Shown one piece after another: positions 1 through 10,228 of a stretch of 64,000 nt of DNA. The position numbers were made by a program, and so were the translations under genes. The notes under the pieces are model-generated. The model did no database searches. It was not told the DNA's origin and saw only the letters and a program-made list of their open reading frames with translations. How positions within the stretch are numbered: the first letter of the stretch is position 1; each line of letters starts with the position of its first letter. This DNA is from Dimorphilus gyrociliatus. Lineage: Eukaryota > Animalia > Annelida. The stretch covers positions 1,860,001 to 1,924,000 of the forward strand of contig CAJFCJ010000012.1 in the NCBI GenBank assembly GCA_904063045.1. The letters are read 5' to 3'.

Positions 1-1407
1 TTTCATTTCACGGGACAAGTCAAAAGTCTGCGATTGAAATAAAAGTTGATTATAAGATGAAAAATAAAGAAGGTATGATTGAAAACAAATCGGAAATGAT
101 ATCAAAAGAAGATGAAACTGTTCAGAAAACATTTCATGGTCTTATAAAAGGCGAGCGTTCAAGCTTAGCTAAAAGTATAACAATGTGTGAATCAGTTCAT
201 CCAAAAAAAAAGGCTCAAGCTCAAGTTTTGCTTGCCGAAGTTCTCGAATACAATAAGAAAAAGGGTAGAAAACGAAACGCCAAGAGTAACGCCCTACGTA
301 ATAAACTGACTATATTATAATATACTTTTAAATATCTTTTCCTTTGAATAGCAATGACGAAACACGCATCCTTAAAACATGGAACATTTAGAATTGGTAA
401 TAAATTTTAATCTTTATATTAAAATCACTATTTCAAACTTAATTTCGAAAAACAGGTCTCTCTGGACCTCCAGGTGCGGGAAAAAGTACTTTTATCGAGG
501 CATTTGGTAAATTCTTAACTGAACGAAAGCATAAAGTTGCCGTCTTAGCCGTTGATCCTAGTTCAAGTACTACAGGAGGTAGAAAGTTTTAACTTTTCAT
601 ATATTTTGAACACTTAAGCTTATTTATATTAAAATATTAAGGTTCTTTATTGGGAGACAAAACGCGTATGCCTGAATTATCGGTTGACGCTAACGCTTAT
701 ATCAGACCTTCACCATCCTCCGGAACACTTGGTGGAGTTACAAGATCTACAAACGAGGCAATTGTTCTCTGCGAAGGAGCAGGTTACGATACTATTCTTG
801 TTGAGACAGTTGGTAAGGTTGTTTTACTAATCAATAGAATAATTTATATTTTCAATGTGTTCTTCTATTCAAACTTATAGGAGTTGGACAATCCGAGTTC
901 GCAGTTGCTGATATGGTTGATCTATTCGTTCTCATTCTACCACCAGCAGGTGGAGATGAACTTCAAGGCATTAAGAAGGGTATAGTTGAAGTTGCTGATT
1001 TAATTGTTATAAACAAATCCGATGGAGATTTAGTAGCGGCGGCAAGAAGAATCCAAATGGAGTATATATCTGCACTGAAATTTATAAGACGAAGAAGCAA
1101 AGTATGGAAACCAAAAGTAAGAAGAATTTCATCAAAAACTAAAGAAGGTATTGAAGATCTTTGGGAAAAGATGAAAGAATATAGGAATCTCTCGCTAGAA
1201 AGCGGTGAACTGGAAACGAAAAGAATGAATCAACAAAAGATTTGGATGTGGAGTCATATAAAACATGAGATTATTGATATATTTAAAAACCATTCTCATG
1301 TAAAAGACAAAGTAGATACTTTGGAAAAAGAGGTCTCGTTGGGTAATATTACTCCTGGTTACGCAGCTGATACTCTGCTTAGTTTATTCAAGAGCAAGAA
1401 ACTCTAG
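1..1407 (+). CDS. MMAA: Methylmalonic aciduria type A protein (mitochondrial G3E GTPase, MeaB/ArgK family), 5' partial, spliced
   Basis: Spliced translation gives [15 protein letters not shown] (Walker A), [36 protein letters not shown] and [14 protein letters not shown]. The frame is open back to base 3, so the true start lies before the window. Confidence 0.96.
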
Positions 1408-1551
1408 AACAGTTTAAAGAACGATTAGGCATATAAATTATTAATTAACTGTTAATTTGTATTTTATTTGAAAAGAATAACATTGAAAAATGATTAAATA
1501 TTTTTTCGGAATTAAGATTAAAAGGTCTTTTCCTTGAATTTGAATAATATA

Positions 1552-4500
1552 TTATTTTATTGAGAATGGAGATGATACCGTTGGAGAGATAGGAACAGAG
1601 GAGGAGGTGGACGAAGAAGAAAAGGGAAATGTAGAGGATAAAATATTACTACTATTTATTATTTCTTTTACATCTGTTTTCGTATTCGAAACCCTTTTTT
1701 GTTGCATTCTTTTAATGATTATTCTATTTACCAAACAAAATATAATAGAAGAGGTAAACAAACATCCAAAGATTGTTAATTGTCCCAATAGACTTATTTT
1801 CATCTCTTTTCTTCTATTTCGATATTCGAAATCGTCTCCGAAACAATTATAATGAGGTTTTGAAGGTTTTGGATTATTGCATTTTCTAGTTCGAAAGCTC
1901 TTCCCTTTAATGTTTGAATCGAAATTCCAGTTAGACCAGCTACTCCATTCTCCAATAAGCGGTCTCCAGCAAAGTGTTTGATGCTTCTCCTCGCAATCGG
2001 CTCCTTGCCATTGTATTTCTTTTTCTTCGATCATGGCCAAGTAACAATCACCTTCTAAACTACTCACAACTTTCTCATCTACTACGTCAGTATCGTTCCA
2101 AACGAAAGAGTCCCATACAAAAGTTCTTTCGGGTCCTTTCATCTTACGTATACCTAACCAAAGAGTCATGTTTTTAAAAGCATTACGAAGAAATCTGACC
2201 AGATTTGAAGCTTTTTGAACATTTGATAATTTAAATAGATGCAAACCGAGATTCTGACAATATTGAACACCTTCCTCATAAGTTAAATATCCTCCGTATG
2301 ACAAACAATAACCGCTTAATTCGTCATAATAAAAGATTGGTAATTGACAAACGTTGGACGTAAAAATACAACGCTTATCAGTCAATCTGTAAAGTCTTTC
2401 TAAACTGCTAGATTTCGATTTCAAAAAAGAACAAAACGATGTTGATTTAACACATTTATATCTTTTATCTTCTATCTTTAGTGAATAAACTTCCCTACAA
2501 AGTTTATCTTGTAAGCACCAATTGATACAGAGTTCAAATGATATCATATTTTCAACGCTATGCTGTATTGTTGGAATACTTAGAAATTTATTCAAGCTAA
2601 CTTCTGAATCATCTCTTTGAGTAGCAATCATAGATTGGCAAATATCCTTAGTTCTTAGGTGACCATAAAATTCAATTTCAACTGCCATATGAACACTATT
2701 CGGACTTGTAAATTGCCAGCAACGTCGAACTTGTCTCTCTTCTAAGCTTTGCGTACCGCAGGGACTCTCTAAAAACTCTTCAGCAGGTCCAGGATCGTTA
2801 CACTTTCTTGTTCTATATTGTTTAATATTCGTAACAGACTTAAAGTAGCAAGGACAGTCGGACCATTTTGTCCAAGGGGACCAACCACCTCTCAGAGGAC
2901 GTTGGCAAATTGCTGTTAACTTGGAGAAATTGCATAGGATTTCATTTTTTAATGGCAATCTTCTCCGATTTAAACCAAACATATCCTTCAGATCAACGGT
3001 TCGATAGCTTACGTATAAAGCGATACAATTCGATAGAGGAATGTCAGATATGTTTAAGCCTTTTAATTGATTATTATCCAAGAGTTCATATCGTTTTCCA
3101 TCGCCAAAATTAGAGTTATAATGAAGTCGATAATCGATTAGTTTTGTTGACATCCATACAGTTTCTTTTGAAGGGAAGAGCGTTTTTACAGATTCAGATA
3201 ACAAATCCGGTCTAAACATATTCATTTCTATACTCTGACAATATTTAGTAGCCTCTCTATATGTAACATTCCTTTTAATAACAAAACAAACTTTCGTTAA
3301 TGCGTCGTACAAGACGTTGTCAATGGGAACGGTAGAAAATTTTGAACATATATCATGAGTTTTTACATAAAGCCAATGCCCAGCTGGAATATATGTATAG
3401 GCATAATTAGGATCAGTATCGCAATATCTTTCGGTCAAACCGCAATAACCAATAAGTTTATCATCTTTCATAGGAATATATAAAAATCCAACATAGGTTT
3501 GAGAGTCGGAACAGATTTTCCTACATTCGAAAAATGTCTTACCAACAATGTACTTTCTTGCGGTAGGATCATTACCATTCTCGTACGGAATTATTCTCTC
3601 TGTAGAGACAGAGGAGCTATTCCGTTTAGTAAAACTACCGAAATGAAATCGAAAGAGATGTGTAGGACCACAAATATCCCATAGAGCTGGTCTAAAGAAT
3701 TTAAATGAATATTTAATAGAAGGCAAAGATTGAAGGACCATATCTGGTCTTGGAAGTCTGTCAAATATCCTACACCATAGTTTTAATGTAAGAGGAGGTT
3801 GCGTACAAGAACTATCACTCTTAATCTTAAGGAAAGGTATTTCTAAAATATGTCTTGGATATATATTTTCATATAAATCAATAATCGAATGATTGATTTC
3901 TAAGCCCAAGTGATCATCTTTAAAAGTAATTGTGGGTTGTAAGTCTGCATTGAGCCATAAATAATCAAGTCCAAATGTAGCACATAATCCTTTCATTAAA
4001 TATTTCCTTCTTTCTTGAGCTAAAGCTTTAATGTTATTGATATTTATACATAAAGGTTTAAGCAAACCATTCCATCTCATATAAAGAAATCCACAACGGG
4101 AATTTCCGCTATTAATTTCAATTTGATCAATAAAACCAAATATATTGACTGTTGCTTTAATATGATCACAATCGTGATTAGTAAATGTTCTCATTATAAG
4201 AAAGCCATCAAACGATTCTAAATCTTTTATTGAGCTTGTTCTACTTGAATAGTTGATCTTACTTGAACCAAAATTAACGATATCTGTATATCTAGCCAAA
4301 CTTTTAAATTGGGGAAAACAATAGCTCTGATCGACATGATTAAATTTAAGATTGCAATAATGATATCTAAAGGGTAATTTATATTTAGAAGAAGGAGTTT
4401 GTATAAACTAATAAAAACTAACTTAAAATGGATAGCCTTATCATTATCTCCTATGTAAGGTGGATTAGGTTTTTTAAGCATTTCTTTTATCAGCCACTTT

Positions 4501-5954
4501 TGACTTTCAGTTATATTCCAACCATCTTTCGGTTTATAACAAATGGTTGTTAATCTACTCTTACAATTAATCTTTTCCCTATCCATTAGTAAGTAATTCT
4601 TATTATATCTAATCAATGCAGAATTACAATCTTCTCGTAGACTTTTTAAAGGATAGAACTTTGATTTAACTTTTAATAATTTATCTCTTGATTGAAAAAC
4701 GTTACGCCAATAGAAACCTCCATCTTTTTTTATTATAGGTAACCATATTCTCTCTCCTTTAGTAGAGAAAAACGTTTTTACCATATTTGGCAAATATTCA
4801 TTATTCTCTGTAACCTTTAGAATTGCCATTCCTCTATTTGAACATTCTTTTTCGGCTTCTTCCCAATTGAATTTATCCTTCAAGATTGTATAACAGTACG
4901 AAGGTTTAAAATAGTTTTCAAAATACATCTCATTTGCATAAAGCCTATTTGAACATCTTTGGGATGTTCTAACATATAAATTTTGTCCAGGTCTTAGATA
5001 AACCATCTTGTTAGATTGAACATTTTCGCATTGTTTATTAGTAAGATGACAAATTGAGCCAGATTTTAATGGGAAAAAACCGAAGGCAACGCAATCTCTG
5101 CTATTTAAACATTCGTCCGCGCAATTGTCAACCGTTTGAGAAGAAATAGAAGTTTTCGAATTGTTCCATTGTAAATTTGCTTCATTTATTAAATGAAGTG
5201 GTCCACAAAGGTGATAATTATCTTTTCCTGGTCGATATAGTATAAATATTACATGCATTTTAACAATCTTTAAAGGAGGGAAATAGGTTGTATTCTTCGA
5301 ATTGCATTTAACTAGCAGAGGTTGTTTACAAACTTTACTAGAACTTTCTAAAGCATTGGCTTCGAATAGGTGAGATAAGATAACATCATCGAATATCTTG
5401 CTAGATATTAAATCGTTTGTATGTTTTGTAGAGGATAAAAAAACTGATGGAAATTCTTTAAACAACCTTTCATACTTCCGGTCAACTGTATCGTGCATAA
5501 CTTCTGATTCCATATGAACACTTCGACATATTGCTTTTGAAACGACCCAAACTTTCGTATAGGCTTGATATTCTTTTAAAATATTTTTATTGTCAAGACA
5601 AACTAATCCGAATTGCTTGTTAAAGCGAACTAAACCAATACCGCAAATCATTTTTACTCCGCAATTATCCGTTTGAATTTCCCTAAGATAAACTCTACCA
5701 TCAATTGATTCATAGCCAGTCTCGTTGACTAAAACCAAGCCATACTGAGAATTTGTACCCTCAACCTTTCTTACAGTTCTAAAGGGAGGAAAGTAATAAT
5801 TTAAAGATTTTCCATAATGCCAACAATTAGTTATTGATCTGTTACAAGTTATCTTTGGAGAATTTAGAGTATTTTTTTTTGAATCTAATGTCAGAAATAG
5901 AAGAAATATAATTGAGAAAAAGCTAATTGAATGTAAAATGTTACATTTACACAT
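1552..5954 (-). CDS. About 1448-aa type I membrane mosaic protein: signal peptide, three PAN/Apple-like plus C-type-lectin-like modules, two TSP1 repeats, TM helix, Ser-rich tail; one 56-nt intron (4367-4422)
   Basis: ORFs 4227-5954 and 1552-4299 join in frame through a GTTAGT...CTTTAG intron (exons 1532+2815 nt = 1449 codons). Motifs: WSPWTKWSDC..RTRKC and WSSWSNW..RTRKC (TSP1), YEEGVQYC..LWLG..C (CTLD), CADECLNSRDCVAF (PAN), and a C-terminal hydrophobic segment. Confidence 0.85.
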
Positions 5955-6189
5955 TCAAACAATTGTTAATCTATTTAATTGAAATAAGCAAAATAAACGA
6001 CATTTGGATTATAAAATAATACCATTTTTATTTTGTTTGTTTGTTGTTTGTCAATTTTTTGTTTTTTTAAATATATTCATATTTCGTTCGACAAACAATT
6101 TTACTAATATTTTATTACATGTTGAAGAAAAGTCGGAAAGGCTAATATATTTGTGATTTTATATTATCGTTATCATTATTATTATTCTT

Positions 6190-6444
6190 TCAATTGTCTT
6201 CAGCGCTATCTTGAACTCTTTCCTTCAGTTCATTACGGGCACGGTGACCACGAAAAGTTGCTTGTATTTTTATAGCCGCCTTTTCTGTTTCAGGATCGTC
6301 CAAATCGACGTCTGTATTCTCTTCGGCTAAATCTAAAGTTATTATTAAATTTAGAAAAAGACGTCAAGAGCGAACTAAGAAGAAATTACCTTCATTCTTA
6401 TTTTCATTTTTAAGTTTGGTTGAAGAACTAGCGTTGCATCCCAT
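6190..6444 (-). CDS. 65-aa IQ-motif calmodulin-binding protein (neurogranin/GAP-43/PEP-19-like) with MGC acylation motif; exons 6390-6444 and 6190-6332
   Basis: Manual splice across a 57-nt GT-AG intron gives MGCNASSSTKLKNENKNEDLAEENTDVDLDDPETEKAAIKIQATFRGHRARNELKERVQDSAEDN*, with canonical IQxxFRGxxxR. Not in the ORF track. Confidence 0.85.
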
Positions 6445-6886
6445 AATTAGAGGAAGAGTAAAGGTATTAAGTCTTCTGTTTGTTAATTATTTTGAAGTTG
6501 ATTCCATGGCGATAACCCTGTTTAATTCTCTTAGACCATTTCGACTTATTGATATCGTATTAATTGCTTCCTCAGTTAAACTTTAATCAAATCAATGAAC
6601 TTTTGGCCTACGAGATCATTTACAAGCAATTTAAAATTTGTAGACGTGAAATGCCCCTCTTTTACTCTTATTATTAATTTAAGTCATGTCTAATAAAATT
6701 CTTCTCAACTACTGTAAAACTGCTAGTCTTACTTCTTTCATTACATTGCCTACTAGAGATGATATTCTAGTGTATGGATCTTACAAAATGGAGCGTGAAT
6801 GTAAAGACAAAGACAGCGAAATAGATTTTATCAAACGGTCAAATGTATTATCTTTTTATTCTGACAAAGTGTATCACCGGAAGTTT

Positions 6887-8025
6887 CTACACAGAGTCGA
6901 CAACTGGTGGTTCGTAGTTGTCTGGGCGAGCAACCTTTTCACCACCTTCAGAAATGACACCACCTTTGGAGGTACCCTCACCATGTAGGTCCATCAAACG
7001 ACCCAAATCGAATTTCGGTTTCTTAAGAATTTTAACTTTACGGATGTAGACATCATGTAAAGGAAAGATTCCTTGACAAGATTTTTCGATATCTTTGCTG
7101 ATCGAGTCTGGGATCAATTTGTTGACGACTTCTTTAAGCTCAAAGTTGGAAATTTCGCGGGTCATTATTTCAACCATCTTCTTTCTGATAGTTCTTACCT
7201 ATTATTTAGAAAAAAAAATAAAATTACATATGTCTCTTATTTTACGGATAACTTTACAACATAATGATTGTTTGATGGTGGATAGGTGAATGAATGGTAC
7301 GTTTATATACATATTAGAGAAACAAGTTCAAACGCCTTTATTTGTGATGTTGCCTAATATGTCGTAAAAAAGATCACTTACTTGTTGTTGTTGAGCATAG
7401 CACGTTTTGGAAGTCTGACCGCTATTTTTCTTGGTGAAGGCTATGCAGAACATTCTAAGGAGATATCCATCGCTGGTCTTAGCATCAACGTTGGCCTCAA
7501 TGAGAGTTTGCCATTTTTTGACCATTGATCTCAATTTATCGGTTGTCAAATCCATACCGTGGAAATTTGTTAGTACATGTTTACCTTGTACTTCTTCGGC
7601 AACCATCTTAAACTTTCTAAAAGCGACTTCATCGTCTTGCAAGTCAGCCAATGAAACTTCAAACACTCTACCTTTCAGACCGTCCGAAGCAATTTCTGTA
7701 TTCAAGTGACGGTCAGACAGATTCAATAAAATAAAAATTTATCTTACTTGTTCCTATGGTCTTGGTAACTAGAGTTTTACCAATGTTACGTTTGTTAAAC
7801 ATACACGGCACTTTAACATCATACCATTCCTTCTTGGCGAATGGATCCACACTGTTACATATCCAAAAAAATCTCATTAACAATTAACATTTTACGCAAA
7901 AAAAATGGCCTAATCTTTAGATTATCATTATATCTTTAATTCCAATGAATAAAAGCTACATACGCCTTCTTCTTTCCACCCTTTTTGCCTCCTTTTGATA
8001 GCCTCTTGTTTTTACCGACAACCAT
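6887..8025 (-). CDS. RPS3A: 40S ribosomal protein S3a (eS1), 4 exons: 7964-8025, 7748-7851, 7382-7695, 6887-7198
   Basis: [34 protein letters not shown]...[19 protein letters not shown]...[31 protein letters not shown]. Exon phases are consistent (263 aa). Confidence 0.99.
7228..7363 (-). ncRNA. Candidate intronic box H/ACA snoRNA in RPS3A intron 3
   Basis: A 9-bp stem ACATATTAG/CTAATATGT is immediately followed by ANANNA (ATATAA), with ACA+3 nt about 70 nt later (about 136 nt total). The second hairpin is weak by eye. Confidence 0.3.
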
Positions 8026-8040
8026 CTTGCCAGATTTTCC

Positions 8041-8051
8041 GGAAAAGGAAG
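8041..8051 (-). promoter_or_regulatory. 5' TOP / TCT-initiator-like pyrimidine tract of RPS3A (CTTCCTTTTCC)
   Basis: The minus strand reads CTTCCTTTTCC ending 15 nt upstream of the RPS3A ATG, which is typical of ribosomal-protein start sites. Confidence 0.65.
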
Positions 8052-8215
8052 TGTAAATTTTCTCGGACCCCGCACTCGATTTTTCGACTCTGTTTCGTTA
8101 GCGAGAAGTCAAACGACTATTTCGCATATTTTTTTTAATGTTTTGATGCTTTAACTGAAAATCGACAAAGTTAACGTAAATCTTGGATTTATTAGAAATT
8201 TATAAGATAGAAAAG

Positions 8216-9296
8216 ATGGTAAATTGTTTTATACTTTAATCCATAGCTAATCATATTTAAAAGAAACTTAATAGAGTGGGCGATAAAAGGATATATTTTA
8301 CTATCTTTTCAGTCTTCTCAGTCCCGAGTTATAAAACTGGGCGATCAAAGTACTTTTGTTCAAATATCAAACGGTAAAATACTGCAAGAGAATGGTCAGA
8401 ATGTTTATTACGTCCTTGGAGATGAACAAGTCGAGGAGATTGAACAAAATACTCAAGAAGAGACCGAATATGTAATAATGACAAATCAACAAGGAGACAA
8501 CGAATCCTTAGCATTACAGCAATTAGATGTTGCTGAAAATTGTGTAGTTGATTCAACAGATACGATACGAGTAAGCATTCTACCTCCAGAGTGTCATGTG
8601 CCCTCATCCGAAATTATATCGTTGGAAAACAAAGCTCAAGAAGAAAAGGAGGAGAAAGAATCGAGTTCATTTAATACAGTTGCTGAAGAAGTTACAATTG
8701 GAAGGATTGGTACACCGTATTCGTATTCAAAGAAAAAAATGCTGCAACCAGGTCCTACCGCAGTATCAGATGTAGAAATTATTACTTGCCCAACCGTAGC
8801 AGTAAAAACAGGTTAATTATTATTTTAAATACTATAAATAAATAAAAACTTTTAATAATTAATTGTTGTGTCATAATTTAATGAATTTCAGAAAGTAGAA
8901 TGGCATTCGAAAGAAGTAATATACCCATTCACGCACCAAAATATGTTTGGCAATGTGAACAGTGTACTGCGTTAATGGAAAACGAAGCAGAATACAAGAA
9001 TCACATAACATCTTGCGACGAAATGATAGAAATTAATAACGATACAAGGTAAAACAATGTAAAGCCTACTTGGAACCTTTGAAAATAAATTTTTTTTCAG
9101 GTTTATATGCCCAAGGTGCCAAAATACATTTAAACGATTGCCAAGCCTACATTTTCACCTTGATCGAATACATTCTATGATCGTACAACATCCTCAAACA
9201 AATAATGTCCCCGAAACAGACGAAATGTCGTTTGATAATGGTCAAGAGGACGAAGACGTTGATGATGCTGAATTAAGTGACGAAGACAATAGTTAG
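8216..9296 (+). CDS. Acidic protein with a C2HC-like and a C2H2 zinc finger; first exon probably ATG only (8216-8218)
   Basis: ATG|GTAAAT at 8216 and an acceptor at 8312 are in frame with ORF 8478. Later exons encode WQCEQC..HITSC and FICPRCQNTFKRLPSLHFHLDRIH; TAG at 9294-9296. Confidence 0.75.
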
Positions 9297-9349
9297 AATG
9301 TCTAGTTATGTATATAGTTTATTTGTATGTATCATTTGTAAATATTTTA

Positions 9350-9742
9350 TTACTTAAGAGCTGACCAGCTTCCTATACTTTCCGGGTCTTTTAATTGTTT
9401 ACTCATTAAGGCTTCACCTTCTTTTTCCATTCGGTTTATGATGAAATTACTTGCATCAATGAAACGGTTGACGCAATTCGTTAGACACGTCTCAGTTTTC
9501 TTTTCTAATCTATTCGACGGTGTTCCCATACATGCATCCCAACAATGGTCTGTTAGTGAGTGAACGATTTCTTGAAATTTTTGACGTTGGGTCTCCGTTT
9601 CAACAAAACGTTTCAGTTGTGGATCAGATGCCTAAATAATTCATAACTACATTATCGTTCATAAGAAAGTCTACATTTTAGTTTTCAGTAATCATTTAAG
9701 AGTCATTAAATTAAGTAATAAAAAATTTGTTAAATTTACCAT
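9350..9742 (-). CDS. TIMM8: Mitochondrial intermembrane-space chaperone Tim8 (twin CX3C); exon 1 is ATG only, exon 2 is 9350-9631
   Basis: M|ASDPQLKRFVETETQRQKFQEIVHSLTDHCWDACMGTPSNRLEKKTETCLTNCVNRFIDASNFIINRME. Not in the ORF track. Confidence 0.95.
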
Positions 9743-10228
9743 TTTTCAAATCGTATAAATTTTACTGTGTATTTTTTTACTTATGATTTCAAAGAAAAGT
9801 ACGCCTGAAGTCAAACCACAGACTTTTGAGCGATACTAAATAACAAAATTATTTACCAGTTTATATAAAAAGTTTTGAATTATATCCCAATAAGATATCA
9901 AATTTCTTTATAAGCCACTTCATTTATTATACCATAAAGAATAGAAAAACAATTGTCCTACATGTCAAAATTTGTTTCCAAGTTTTGTAAAAAAAAAACA
10001 CATTTTATTTTTCACATTCTGTATCTTTCTGGTGAAGACAGCGTTGTCACAAAATTTACAAAGCACAATTAAATAAATCTTTGGAAGAAAATCTACAGAA
10101 GTTATTTTTTTTCAAAAATACAAATTGCAATAGTAAGTAGACGCCTTCTTATCTAATAGAAAATATACTAAGTACAAAGTATGTCAGAAAGTAATCAAAG
10201 CACCGTCAAACAAGAAAGTTTAAAGGCA

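Noticed and set aside
7193-7200. AG|GTAAGA at the start of RPS3A exon 4 looks like a recursive splice site
   Set aside because: It simply encodes the conserved V-R of QVRxIRKKM, and the intron is short.
6686-8607. Short ORFs 6686-6988, 7073-7264, 7095-7289, 7431-7709 and 8329-8607
   Set aside because: Antisense shadows of RPS3A and the zinc-finger gene, or UTR sequence, with no motifs.
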